The translations under genes were made by a program, and so were the position numbers. A stretch of 64,000 nt of DNA from positions 62,019 to 126,018 of the forward strand of contig JAXDOX010000036.1 of assembly GCA_034668625.1 (NCBI GenBank). Direction: 5' to 3'. Origin of the DNA: Sphingomonadales bacterium. GTDB taxonomy: Bacteria > Pseudomonadota > Alphaproteobacteria > Sphingomonadales > Sphingomonadaceae. Every line of letters begins with the position of its first letter. Position 1 is the first letter of the stretch. Below the pieces are notes generated by a model. That model did not search any database and was not told where the DNA came from. It saw only the letters and a program-made list of their open reading frames with translations. Of the stretch, positions 47,023 to 57,207 are shown piece by piece.

Positions 47023-49572
47023 ATGCGCTCGACCGGCCTTCGCACCGCGCTTCTCGGCCTCCTCGCCTCGACCGTCTTCACCGGCACGGCCTACGCCCAG
47101 GGCGGCACTTCGCAGGCGCCGACGCCGCCCACGCCGCCCTCCGGCAGCAATGCCGGCCAGACCGATGACGAGATCGTCGTCACCGCCCAGAAGCGCGAGG
47201 AAAACCTCCAGGACGTGCCGATCAGCATCCAGGCGCTCGGCACGCGCAGGCTCGAAGAATTGAACGTCTCCAACTTCAACGACTACACCAAGCTGACTCC
47301 GAGCGTCTCGTTCCAGACCGCGACTCCGGGCAGCACCAACGTCTACATTCGCGGCGTCGCTTCGGGCGGCGACGGCAACCATTCGGGCTCGCTGCCCTCG
47401 GTCGGCGTCTATCTCGACGAGCAGCCGGTCACCACGATCGGCGGCACGATCGACGTCCACATCTACGACATCGCCCGAATCGAGGTGCTGCGCGGGCCCC
47501 AGGGCACGCTCTACGGCGCCTCGTCGGAAGCCGGCACGATCCGCATCATCACCAACAAGCCCGACACCAACAATTTCTACGGCGGCGCCGACGCCGAGAT
47601 CAACACGGTGAGGAAGGGCGGCATCGGCGGCAAGGTCGAGGGCTTCATCAACGCCCCGCTCTCGTCGCGCGCCGCGCTGCGCGTCGTCGGCTGGTACGAG
47701 CATGACGCCGGCTATATCGACAATATCGCCGGCACCCGCCGCTTCCTGCCCCAGCCGGGCGGAATCACCGTCAACAACGCGGCTCTGGTCAAGAAGGATT
47801 TCAACGACGTCGACGTCGCCGGCGGCCGCGCCGCGCTCGGCATCGACCTCGCCGACAATTGGACGGCAACCTTGGCCGTGCTCGGCCAGGACCAGCATGC
47901 CCACGGCTCGTTCGGCTACGATCCCACCCTCGGCGATCTCAAGGTCCAGCATTTCTACCCCGACCGCAGCCACGACCGCTTCGGCCAGGCGGCGCTCACC
48001 ATCGAGGGCAAGGTCTCCAACTGGGACCTGACTTATGCCGGCGCCTATTTCATGAGGAAGATCAATACGTCGAACGACTATACCGATTACGCCGAGGCCT
48101 ATGACAATCTCTATTCGAGCTACGGCGGCCTCGCGGGCTATTTCTACTTCCTCGACAATGGCGGGAACACGATCAACCCGTCGCAACACATCATCGGCCG
48201 CGACAAGTTCACCAAGATGAGCCACGAGCTGAGGATCGCCTCGCCGGCGGACAAGCGCCTGCGCTTCGTCGGCGGGCTGTTCTACCAGCGCCAATATCAC
48301 CGCATCCACCAGGATTATCAGGTGACCGGCCTCGGCAGCGCCGTCTCGGTGAACGGCTTCCCCGGCACGCTCTGGCTCACCCAGCAGGATCGCGTCGACA
48401 AGGATTATGCGGCGTTCGGCGAGGCGAGCTTCGACATCCTCTCCAACCTCACCTTCACCGGCGGCATCCGCGCCTACAAATACGACAATTCGCTGATCGG
48501 CTTCTTCGGCTTCGGCCGCAATCCGGGCGCCGGCTTCACCGCCCATCCGTTCAACGGCGCGGGCAGCTCGCGCACCGGCGTCATCCAATGCTTCACGACG
48601 ACCGGTGCGACCCTGCGCAACAACATCACCGGCACCTTGCTGCCGCCGGCGGTGCCGGGCTCGCCCTGCACCGACCTCGGAGTCTTCGCCAATGGCAAGG
48701 TGGTGCCAAAGTCGACCAAGGGCGACGGCTTCACCCACCGGCTCAACCTGACCTGGAAGATCACGCCCGACCATATGGTCTACGCCACCTGGTCGAAGGG
48801 TTTCCGCCCCGGCGGCATTAACCGTCGCGGCGACATCGACCCCTATCAGGAGGACACGCTCACCAATTACGAGCTCGGCTTCAAGTCGACGATCGGGACG
48901 ATGCGATTGAACGGCGCGGTCTTCCTCCAGGATTGGAAGAAGTTCCAATTCTCCTTCCTCGGCGCCAACAGCTTCACCGAGATCCACAACGGGCCCGACG
49001 CCCGGATCAAGGGCGCCGAGCTCGACCTCAGCTGGCGGCCCATGCTTGGCCTCTCTTTCACGGGCAGCGCCGCTTACACCGACGCCAAGACCAAGCGGAA
49101 CCTCTGCGGCTTCGACGATCCGAACTTCACCTGCACCGCGCCCGGGCCGCAGGGCCAGAGCAACTACATCTCCGCCCCCAAGGGCACCCGCCTCCCCGTC
49201 ACTCCGAGGTTCAAGGCGAGCGCCCAGGCGCGCTACGAATTCCCGGTCGGCGACGGCGCCAAGGCCCACTTGCAGGCCGTGGTCTCGCACCAGAGCTCGG
49301 CCTCGGCCGACATCCGCACGCTGATCTTCGACCCGCTCGGCAATCGGGTGAACCCGGCGGCGGGGCTCGGGCGGCTCAAGGCCTATACGATGGCGGACTT
49401 CGCGGTGGGCATCGACTGGAAGAAGTTCACCGCCGAAATCTACGTCGAGAACGCGTTCGACGAGCGGGCGCAGCTCACCCGCTACCAGGAATGCGGCCAA
49501 TGCGCGCAGCGGCCCTACATCGTCCCCTACGCGCCCCGCACGATCGGGCTCAGGATCGGCACGAAGTTCTGA
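47023..49572 (+). CDS. TonB-dependent receptor
   Basis: Signal peptide, plug (DEIVVTAQKREENLQDVPISI...), and C-terminal ...RTIGLRIGTKF ending in aromatic F. Confidence 0.9.
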   Translation: MRSTGLRTALLGLLASTVFTGTAYAQGGTSQAPTPPTPPSGSNAGQTDDEIVVTAQKREENLQDVPISIQALGTRRLEELNVSNFNDYTKLTPSVSFQTATPGSTNVYIRGVASGGDGNHSGSLPSVGVYLDEQPVTTIGGTIDVHIYDIARIEVLRGPQGTLYGASSEAGTIRIITNKPDTNNFYGGADAEINTVRKGGIGGKVEGFINAPLSSRAALRVVGWYEHDAGYIDNIAGTRRFLPQPGGITVNNAALVKKDFNDVDVAGGRAALGIDLADNWTATLAVLGQDQHAHGSFGYDPTLGDLKVQHFYPDRSHDRFGQAALTIEGKVSNWDLTYAGAYFMRKINTSNDYTDYAEAYDNLYSSYGGLAGYFYFLDNGGNTINPSQHIIGRDKFTKMSHELRIASPADKRLRFVGGLFYQRQYHRIHQDYQVTGLGSAVSVNGFPGTLWLTQQDRVDKDYAAFGEASFDILSNLTFTGGIRAYKYDNSLIGFFGFGRNPGAGFTAHPFNGAGSSRTGVIQCFTTTGATLRNNITGTLLPPAVPGSPCTDLGVFANGKVVPKSTKGDGFTHRLNLTWKITPDHMVYATWSKGFRPGGINRRGDIDPYQEDTLTNYELGFKSTIGTMRLNGAVFLQDWKKFQFSFLGANSFTEIHNGPDARIKGAELDLSWRPMLGLSFTGSAAYTDAKTKRNLCGFDDPNFTCTAPGPQGQSNYISAPKGTRLPVTPRFKASAQARYEFPVGDGAKAHLQAVVSHQSSASADIRTLIFDPLGNRVNPAAGLGRLKAYTMADFAVGIDWKKFTAEIYVENAFDERAQLTRYQECGQCAQRPYIVPYAPRTIGLRIGTKF

Positions 49573-49577
49573 AGCCA

Positions 49578-49690
49578 ACCCCTCTCCCCGGCGGGGAGAG
49601 GGTAGGGAGAGGGGGCTCGGCGGCCGAGATAGGGCGCGTAAGCCGAACCCCCTCACCCCCAGCCCTCTCCCCCACGGGGAGAGGGGGCAC
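49578..49690. repeat. G-rich nested palindromic (REP-like) element
   Basis: Hairpins ccctctcccc-ggc-ggggagaggg (49580..49602) and ccctctcccc-cacg-ggggagaggg (49663..49686) flank a central ctcggcggccgag palindrome. Confidence 0.5.
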
Positions 49691-49769
49691 CTTTTCCCCC
49701 TTTCCCCTGCTGCGGAACGCGTGCATGCGCGCCACGTTGCCCGCGCGTGCGGGAGTCCTGGGATAGATC

Positions 49770-51092
49770 GTGACCTTCGGAAAGCTGTTCATCTTCGAGC
49801 AAGCCGGCCGCTCCCATCGCGCCCGCGACGTGACCGCCTCTCCTTCGCCGAAGCTCAGATTGATCGCCGCCTCGCTGCTGCTCGCGCTTGCCGCCTGCGG
49901 CTCGGGCGGCGCCGACGATTCCGGCGGCGCAGCCGGCAAGGGCGGCCGCGGCGGGCGCGGCGGCGGCGGCACGCCGGAAGCCGGCTACGTCGTCGTTCAG
50001 CCGACCAACGTCCCGATCACCGCCGAGCTCGCCGGCCGCACCAGCGCCTACCAGGTGTCCGAGGTCCGGCCTCAGGTCTCCGGCGTCATCCGCGCGCGGC
50101 TGTTCACCGAAGGCTCGATCGTCCGCGCCGGGCAGACGCTCTACCAGATCGACCCGTCCCTCTATCAGGCCTCCGCCGCCCAGGCGCGCGCCAACCTCGC
50201 CAGCGCCCAGGCGAACCGCGCCGCGGCGCAGGCGCGGGCCAACCGCTACGCCCCGCTCGCCCGCATGCAGGCGGTCAGCCAGCAGGAATATACCGACGCC
50301 CGCGCCCAGGCCCAGCAGGCCAATGCCGCCGTCGCACAGAACCGCGCGTCGCTCGAGACGGCGTCGATCAACCTTCGCTACACTCGCGTGCCCGCCCCGA
50401 TCACCGGCCGGATCGGCCGCTCGCTGTTCACCACCGGCGCGCTCGTCACCGCTGCCCAGGCCGACCCGCTGACCACCATCCAGCGGCTCGACCCGATGTT
50501 CGTCGACATCCAGCAGTCGAGCGCCGAGTTGCTCGCCTTGCGGCGCGCGGTCGCCGCCGGCGGCGTCGCCCCGAGCCGCGCCAAGGTGGCCCTCACTCTC
50601 GAGGACGGCAGCGACTACGGCTTCACCGGCACGCTCGAATTCGCCGAGGCGATGGTCGATCCCGCCACTGGCAGCGTCACCCTGCGCGCCACCTTCCCCA
50701 ACCCGCAGGGCCTGCTGCTGCCGGGCATGTACGTCCGCGCGAAGCTCGTCCAGGAGACCATCTCCAACGCCTTCCTGGTCCCGCAGGCCGGCCTGTCGCG
50801 CGATCCCAAGGGCAATGCGACGGTGATCGTCGTCGGCCCCGGCAACCTCGCCATGACCCGGATGGTGACGGCCGAGCGGACGGTCGGCGACAAATGGGTG
50901 GTCACCGCCGGGCTCAAGGCGGGCGACCGGATCATCGTCGAGGGCCTGATCAAGGTGAAGCCGGGCCAGAAGGTGAAGCCCGTGCCCGCCGGCTCGCCGC
51001 AGCGCCAGCCCGGCGCGGGCCGCGGCGGCGCGGGCGGCTATGGCGGCGGGGGCCGCGGCGGACGGGGCGCGGCCGGCGGCGCGCAGGGTTAG
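49770..51092 (+). CDS. RND efflux periplasmic adaptor (membrane fusion protein)
   Basis: Lipobox LLLALAAC and the AcrA/MexA-like core (..YVVVQP..V....ELAGR..A....EVRPQVSGVI..). The alternative GTG 49830 gives a more typical lipoprotein signal. Confidence 0.88.
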   Translation: MTFGKLFIFEQAGRSHRARDVTASPSPKLRLIAASLLLALAACGSGGADDSGGAAGKGGRGGRGGGGTPEAGYVVVQPTNVPITAELAGRTSAYQVSEVRPQVSGVIRARLFTEGSIVRAGQTLYQIDPSLYQASAAQARANLASAQANRAAAQARANRYAPLARMQAVSQQEYTDARAQAQQANAAVAQNRASLETASINLRYTRVPAPITGRIGRSLFTTGALVTAAQADPLTTIQRLDPMFVDIQQSSAELLALRRAVAAGGVAPSRAKVALTLEDGSDYGFTGTLEFAEAMVDPATGSVTLRATFPNPQGLLLPGMYVRAKLVQETISNAFLVPQAGLSRDPKGNATVIVVGPGNLAMTRMVTAERTVGDKWVVTAGLKAGDRIIVEGLIKVKPGQKVKPVPAGSPQRQPGAGRGGAGGYGGGGRGGRGAAGGAQG

Positions 51093-51101
51093 CGGGCGCC
51101 G

Positions 51102-54100
51102 ATGATCTCCCGAATCTTCATCGATCGCCCGATCTTCGCGTGGGTGATCGCGATCGTGATCATGCTCGGCGGGATCGGCGGCATATTGTCGCTTCCGGTC
51201 GAGCAATATCCCGACATCGCGCCGCCTTCTGTGAACATCCGCGCCAACTACCCCGGCGCGTCGGCGGAGACGGTCGAGACCAGCGTCACCCAGGTGATCG
51301 AGCAGCAGCTGACCGGGATCGGCGGCCTGCTCTATTTCAGCGCCAACTCGAACGCGTCGGGCGGAGTCGGAATCACCGCCACGTTCGACAAGTCGGTCGA
51401 TCCTGACATCGCCCAGGTCCAGGTCCAGAACAAGGTCCAGCAGGCCCTCCCGCGCCTGCCCCAGCAGGTCCAGCAGCAGGGCCTCGTCGTCACCAAGTCC
51501 AATCAGGACTTCCTGATGGTCGTCTCGGTCTATGACGAGAGCGACCGGATGTCGTCGGCCGACGTCTCGGACTATCTCGCCACCAACCTCCAGGACCCGC
51601 TCGGCCGGGTGCCCGGAGTCGGCGACATCAACGTGTTCGGCTCGCAATATGCGATGCGGATCTGGCTCGATCCCTACAAGCTCGCCAGCTTCTCCTTGAT
51701 CCCGCGCGACGTCGTCCAGGCGATCCAGGCGCAGAACACCCAGGTCGCCGCCGGCCAGATCGGCGGCCAGCCCGCGCCGCCCGAGCAGATGCTGAACGCG
51801 AGCGTGACCGCGCGCTCCCGCCTGTCGACGCCCGAGCAGTTCCGCGCGATCATCCTCAAGACCCAGCCGGACGGCTCCAACGTCACCCTGAAGGACGTCG
51901 CCCGGATCGAGCTCGGCAGCGAGAATTACGGCAATCTCTCGCGCCTCAACGGCCATCCCGGCGCCGGCATCGCAATCCAGCTCGCCCCCGGCGCCGATGC
52001 CCTCAAGACCGCCAGGCTGGTCCGCGCCGAGGTCGACGCCCGCGCCAAATCCTTCCCGCAAGGCTTCCGCTACGCCTACCCCAACGACAGCACCGCCTTC
52101 ATCAAGCTGTCGATCCACGAGGTGGTGAAGACCTTGCTCGAGGCGGTGCTGCTGGTCGTCATCGTCATGTTCGTCTTCCTGCAGAGCTGGCGGGCGACCC
52201 TGGTGCCGGCGATCGCCGTGCCGGTCGTGCTGCTCGGCACGTTCGGCGTGCTCGCCGTGTTCGGCTTCACTATCAACACCCTGACCCTGTTCGGCCTCGT
52301 CCTCTCGATCGGCCTCTTGGTCGACGACGCCATCGTCGTCGTCGAGAATGTCGAGCGGCTGATGGAGGAGGAGGGCCTCTCGCCGCATGACGCCACCGTG
52401 AAATCGATGGACGAGATCCAGACGGCCTTGATCGCCATCGCCCTCGTCCTCTCCGCCGTGTTCCTGCCCATGGCCTTCTTCGGCGGCTCGGTCGGCGTCA
52501 TCTACCGGCAATTCTCGATCACGATGGTCTCCTCGATGATCCTGTCGGTCATCGTCGCCCTCGTCCTCTCACCCGCCCTCACCGCGACCCTGCTCAAGCC
52601 TCCGAAAAGCGCGGCGGAGAGGGCGTCGGAGGAAGGCAGCTTCACCGGCTACGCCCACCGCCTCGGCGCCGGCTTCAACGCCTGGTTCGGCCGCAGCCGC
52701 GAGCGCTACCGGGCCGGCGTCGCCTGGACTATCGGGCGGGCGCGGCCGATGATGCTGGTCTACGTCGTGCTGACCGCCCTCCTGGTCTTCGTGTTCTTGC
52801 GGCTGCCGACCAGCTTCCTCCCGAGCGAGGACCAGGGCTCCGCCCAGCTCCAGTTCACCCTCGCCCCCGGCGCAACCCAGGCCCGCACGCTCGAGGCGGC
52901 CAAGGCGGTCGAGCGCTATTTCATGGGCAAGGAGAAGAAGAACGTCACCGCACTCTTCACCGTCATCGGCGGCAATCAGGCCGGCTCCGGCCAGAATGCC
53001 GGCCGCGGCTTCCTCGCTCTGGCGCCCTGGGACGAGCGCAAGGGCAAGGAGAACAGCGCGCTTGCCATCACCCAGCGCGCCACCCGCAGCCTCGGCGTCC
53101 TGCGCGACGTCCAGTTCTTCGCCCTGAACCCGCCGCCGGTGCGCGGCCTGGGCCAATCCACCGGCTTCACTATGGAGCTTTTGAACACCGGCTCGCTCTC
53201 GCGCGACGATTTCAAGGCCGCCCGCGACCGCATCCTTGCCGCGGCGATGGCGGACCCCGCGCTGGCCTCGGTCCGCCTGTCGACGCTCGAGGACAATCCG
53301 ACGCTGCAGGTCGACGAGGACCAGGCCAAGATCGGCGCATTGGGCCTCTCCCAGGCCGATGTCGATTCGACCCTGTCGGCCGCCTGGGGTGGCAATTACG
53401 TCAACGATTTCATCGACCGCGGTCGGGTCAAGCGGGTCTACGTCCAGGGCGACGCGCCCTATCGCAGCCGCCCCGAGGACCTCGCCAGCTGGTTCGTCCG
53501 CTCGACCAACGGGCAGATGGCGCCTTTCTCCTCCTTCGCCAGCACCAGCTGGGGCCGCGCGCCGTCAAGCCTCGGCCGGTTCAACGGAGTTCCCTCCTAC
53601 GAATTCCAGGGCCAGGCGGCGGAAGGCCACAGCTCGGGCGAGGCGATGGACAAGATGGCCTCGCTCGCCGCTCAGGAGCCGGGAGTCGGGGTCGACTGGA
53701 GCGGTCTCTCCTACCAGGAGAGGCTGTCGGGCGGGCAGGCACCCTATCTCTATGCCTTGTCGCTGCTCGTCGTCTTCCTCTGTCTCGCCGCCCTCTACGA
53801 GAGCTGGTCGATCCCCATTTCGGTGCTGATGGTGGTGCCGCTCGGCCTGCTCGGTGCCGCGCTCGCGGTGGCGATCCGCGGCCTCGACAACGACGTCTAT
53901 TTCCAGGTCGGGCTGCTGACAACCATGGGCCTTTCCGCCAAGAACGCCATCCTGATCGTCGAATTCGCCGAGCTCGCCGAGAAGGAAGGCCAGACTCCGG
54001 TCGCCGCCGCCATCGAGGGCGCCCGGTTGCGCCTGCGGCCGATCCTGATGACCAGCCTGGCCTTCGTGTTCGGCGTGCTGCCGCTCGCCGTCTCGACCGG

Positions 54101-54272
54101 TGCCGGCGCGCGCAGCCGGGTCGCCATCGGCACGGCGGTGATGGGCGGCATGATCGCCGCGACGATCCTCGCCATCTTCTTCGTGCCCCTGTTCTTCGTG
54201 CTCGTCCGCCGCCTGTTCTCGCGGCGGCGCGAGACTTTGGTACTGACCGAGCGGGAGGCGCCGGCCCTGTGA
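51102..54272 (+). CDS. RND multidrug efflux permease (AcrB/MexB family)
   Basis: MISRIFIDRPIFAWVIAIVIML.G......LPVEQYPDIAPP... 1056 aa. Confidence 0.95.
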   Translation: MISRIFIDRPIFAWVIAIVIMLGGIGGILSLPVEQYPDIAPPSVNIRANYPGASAETVETSVTQVIEQQLTGIGGLLYFSANSNASGGVGITATFDKSVDPDIAQVQVQNKVQQALPRLPQQVQQQGLVVTKSNQDFLMVVSVYDESDRMSSADVSDYLATNLQDPLGRVPGVGDINVFGSQYAMRIWLDPYKLASFSLIPRDVVQAIQAQNTQVAAGQIGGQPAPPEQMLNASVTARSRLSTPEQFRAIILKTQPDGSNVTLKDVARIELGSENYGNLSRLNGHPGAGIAIQLAPGADALKTARLVRAEVDARAKSFPQGFRYAYPNDSTAFIKLSIHEVVKTLLEAVLLVVIVMFVFLQSWRATLVPAIAVPVVLLGTFGVLAVFGFTINTLTLFGLVLSIGLLVDDAIVVVENVERLMEEEGLSPHDATVKSMDEIQTALIAIALVLSAVFLPMAFFGGSVGVIYRQFSITMVSSMILSVIVALVLSPALTATLLKPPKSAAERASEEGSFTGYAHRLGAGFNAWFGRSRERYRAGVAWTIGRARPMMLVYVVLTALLVFVFLRLPTSFLPSEDQGSAQLQFTLAPGATQARTLEAAKAVERYFMGKEKKNVTALFTVIGGNQAGSGQNAGRGFLALAPWDERKGKENSALAITQRATRSLGVLRDVQFFALNPPPVRGLGQSTGFTMELLNTGSLSRDDFKAARDRILAAAMADPALASVRLSTLEDNPTLQVDEDQAKIGALGLSQADVDSTLSAAWGGNYVNDFIDRGRVKRVYVQGDAPYRSRPEDLASWFVRSTNGQMAPFSSFASTSWGRAPSSLGRFNGVPSYEFQGQAAEGHSSGEAMDKMASLAAQEPGVGVDWSGLSYQERLSGGQAPYLYALSLLVVFLCLAALYESWSIPISVLMVVPLGLLGAALAVAIRGLDNDVYFQVGLLTTMGLSAKNAILIVEFAELAEKEGQTPVAAAIEGARLRLRPILMTSLAFVFGVLPLAVSTGAGARSRVAIGTAVMGGMIAATILAIFFVPLFFVLVRRLFSRRRETLVLTEREAPAL

Positions 54273-55672
54273 GGAAGCTCGCTCTCCTGCTCGCTGCCGC
54301 CTCGCTCGCCGGCTGCACCACCCTCGAGCCCAAATATGGCCGGCCCGAGCCGCCGGTGCCGTCGAGCTGGCCGGTCGGAAACGCCTATTTGCGCCAGAGC
54401 GAGGCGGCGCTGCCGACGCTCACCTACAAGGACGTGTTTCGGGACCCCAGGCTGCAGACGCTGATCGAGCGCGCGCTGGTCAACAACCGCGACCTGCGGA
54501 TCGCCGCCGCCAATATCGCCTCGGCCCGCGCTCAATATCGCGTCCAACGCTCCGAGCTGCTGCCTCATGTCGACGCGGGCGGCGGCGTGAACGTCGGCGG
54601 CGGCGGCGGCCAGGGCACCCACGCCCGCTATTCGCTCGATGCCGGAGTCAACAATTTCGAGCTCGACCTGTTCGGCCGCATCCGCAGCCTAAGCCATTCC
54701 GCGCTCGACCAGTATCTTGCCACCGAGGCGGCGGCGCGGGCGACCCGCCTGTCGCTGACCGCCGAGATCGCCACCGCTTACTTCACCCTCGCCTCCGACC
54801 GTTCCCTGCTGCGCATCGCCCAGGAGACCGAAGCCAATGCCGCCCGCTCGGTCCAGCTGACCGGCGCCCGGCTCCAGGGCGGCATCGCCTCGCGGATCGA
54901 CCTCAGGCAGGCGCAGACCATCCTCGAGCAGGCGAAGAGCGACGTCGCCAGCCAGACCACCGACGTCGCCCAGGACCGCAACGCCCTGCAGCTCCTCGTC
55001 GGCGCTCCGATCGAGGATGCGCTGCTGCCAGCCTCGATCGAGAGCGTCGACTCCCTGATCGCCGAGGTGCCGGCGGGCTTAAGCTCCGAAATCCTGCTCC
55101 GACGCCCGGACGTGGTCGAGGCGGAGTATCAGCTGATCGCCGCCAACGCGCGGATCGGCGCCGCCCGCGCCGCCTTTTTCCCGCGAATCTCGCTGACCGG
55201 CCTGCTCGGCCTCGCCAGCACCGCTTTGACCTCTTTGTTCACCGGCGGCGCCTTCATCTGGAGCGCCGGCGCCAGCGCCTCGCTCCCCATCTTCGACGCC
55301 GGCGCCAACAAGGGCAACCTCGCTTACGCCCGCGCCCAGCGCGAATTGTTCCTCGCCCGCTACGAGCAGATTATCCAGACCGCCTTCCGCGAAGTCTCCG
55401 ACGCACTCGCCCGCCGCGGCACGATGGCGGCGCAGTTCGGCGCCCAGAGCCGCCTTGTCGCCGACGCCGAGGACAATTACCGCCTCACCGAAGCGCGCTA
55501 TCGCGAAGGCATCGAGAACTTCCTCGCCACCCTCGTCGCCCAGCGCACCCTGTATTCCGCCCAACAAAGCCTGACGCGGACGCGGCTGGCGCGGGCGGTG
55601 AACCTAGCGGATCTGTATCGGACGCTCGGCGGCGATGCGCTGATCGATACTGGAACGTTCTCTCCGCAATAA
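54269..55672 (+). CDS. Efflux outer-membrane factor lipoprotein (NodT/OprM family)
   Basis: Lipobox LAGC and two TolC-like repeats. ATGA-type overlap with the permease gene. Confidence 0.9.
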   Translation: MRKLALLLAAASLAGCTTLEPKYGRPEPPVPSSWPVGNAYLRQSEAALPTLTYKDVFRDPRLQTLIERALVNNRDLRIAAANIASARAQYRVQRSELLPHVDAGGGVNVGGGGGQGTHARYSLDAGVNNFELDLFGRIRSLSHSALDQYLATEAAARATRLSLTAEIATAYFTLASDRSLLRIAQETEANAARSVQLTGARLQGGIASRIDLRQAQTILEQAKSDVASQTTDVAQDRNALQLLVGAPIEDALLPASIESVDSLIAEVPAGLSSEILLRRPDVVEAEYQLIAANARIGAARAAFFPRISLTGLLGLASTALTSLFTGGAFIWSAGASASLPIFDAGANKGNLAYARAQRELFLARYEQIIQTAFREVSDALARRGTMAAQFGAQSRLVADAEDNYRLTEARYREGIENFLATLVAQRTLYSAQQSLTRTRLARAVNLADLYRTLGGDALIDTGTFSPQ

Positions 55673-55779
55673 GTGCTTAGTCTGACGGGCAATTGTTGAG
55701 ATGACCCGCCGCCCTTCCCCCCAGGTTTCATTTCAGGCTATCTTGCGAGACTCATGATTGCCAGGCTGGGGGGACGAGC

Positions 55780-57195
55780 GTGGCCAAAGTTGCCGGTAAC
55801 GCGACAAAGCAGGGCTCTTCGGAAGTCACGGCACCGCCTTCGCTGTTATCGTCCTTCGCCTGGCTGATTCCGTCCTTTGCCGCATTTCTCATTGCCAACG
55901 GGTTCATTGTCCAATCGGCTCAGGAAGACCTGCTGGGCTTGGCGATCTACGCGCGCAATTCCCAATCGTATCTCAATACTTCGGCAGATTTCATTCGTGA
56001 CGTCACGATTGGACTGATCGACGGCATCTATCGTTGGCACCTTCCGGAGATCGTCAGGACGCATCCGCGGCTATTCCTCGCAGCGGCATCGGCTGCCGCG
56101 GCGATCACGTTGCTATGCTGGGCTCCCGCGACGCACAGCGCGGTCTGGCTGACCCGTCTCGCCGAGCGGTTCGGCCACTGGTCTAGAGCCCGGGTGACGG
56201 GTGTCGGCAAGGCGACGACCCAACCGCCTGGCCCCGAGAAGCCGGACGGGAAAGAGCCACGCATCCCCGCGCGCCCGAGGCGCGACTTGGTAACCCACCG
56301 CTTGCGCAAACAACCCTCCGCGACGGCGCGAAACCTGCTTTCGGACATTCCCCCGCTGATTGTGCTGGCGCTTGTCCTCATGCGGGTTGCGGTCGTCGAC
56401 GTCCCGATCCTTCGGATCGGAGGACTCGCAACCCGGAGCGAGGGCAGTTGCTGGTCGCTGGCGGCCGACTCCGCTCCCTCCCCGGGCCGGACCCCGGACG
56501 TCCCACCCGGCCTCAGCGACGACGAGAAGCAGTGCCCTGCGATCGCCTCCGCGAAGGGATATGACAGGATCGCTTGGAACCAGGCCCGCAAGGTGGCCGC
56601 CGAAATCGTTTGCTCGCGCGGGTCAACCATCCTGCCGCGCCTGCAACCGGTCTTCTCGGAGCGGCAGGAATGCCAAAGCGTCATGACCAAGGGCACGCTG
56701 GGCGAGGTCAACGAAGCCCGCTCACGGATCCGCGACCTTGGCCGTGACGAGTTCTACGCCGATCTGCTGCTGACCATCGTCACTTGCATCCTGGCGCTGG
56801 CCTCTTGGTACAATTCCCGGACAGCGTTGTTTCCAAAGCTGGCTGTCTCAATCGCGCTGATTTCTTCGCTGACTGTCCCCTATGTCTATGGCAAGGTGGC
56901 GGCTCCTGAGGAATTCGACTTGGGCGAACTCCGCATCACTCCGACCTTGGCGGATAAGTACAATGAACTTGGCAACTTTGTCAGCGAGCACGGATGGATT
57001 CAAGGATTCATCGTGCAACGTGACCAAGGCAATATCGAACTGCTGGCAATTCGCAGATTCGACTGCGGGACGGACACCCAGAAAGCATGGGCCAGCCTTT
57101 CGATGATTCCCACGTCGCAAGTCCTATCGTTTGATGAAGTCCGTCGCATCGACATCATCGGGTGGCTGATCGACGAGCAACACAAATGCAAGTAG
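55780..57195 (+). CDS. Hypothetical membrane protein
   Basis: 471 aa, GTG start, about 5 hydrophobic segments, visibly lower GC than the flanks. No recognisable motif. Confidence 0.5.
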   Translation: MAKVAGNATKQGSSEVTAPPSLLSSFAWLIPSFAAFLIANGFIVQSAQEDLLGLAIYARNSQSYLNTSADFIRDVTIGLIDGIYRWHLPEIVRTHPRLFLAAASAAAAITLLCWAPATHSAVWLTRLAERFGHWSRARVTGVGKATTQPPGPEKPDGKEPRIPARPRRDLVTHRLRKQPSATARNLLSDIPPLIVLALVLMRVAVVDVPILRIGGLATRSEGSCWSLAADSAPSPGRTPDVPPGLSDDEKQCPAIASAKGYDRIAWNQARKVAAEIVCSRGSTILPRLQPVFSERQECQSVMTKGTLGEVNEARSRIRDLGRDEFYADLLLTIVTCILALASWYNSRTALFPKLAVSIALISSLTVPYVYGKVAAPEEFDLGELRITPTLADKYNELGNFVSEHGWIQGFIVQRDQGNIELLAIRRFDCGTDTQKAWASLSMIPTSQVLSFDEVRRIDIIGWLIDEQHKCK

Positions 57196-57207
57196 AGGAG
57201 AAGGCAA

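Noticed and set aside
49653-52511. 952-aa minus-strand ORF (and similar ones at 46888..49656, 39094..40917 and 32796..34238)
   Set aside because: These are antisense shadows of the RND, TonB-receptor, ctaD and MFS genes. They have no motifs and an extreme Arg/Gly/Asp bias.
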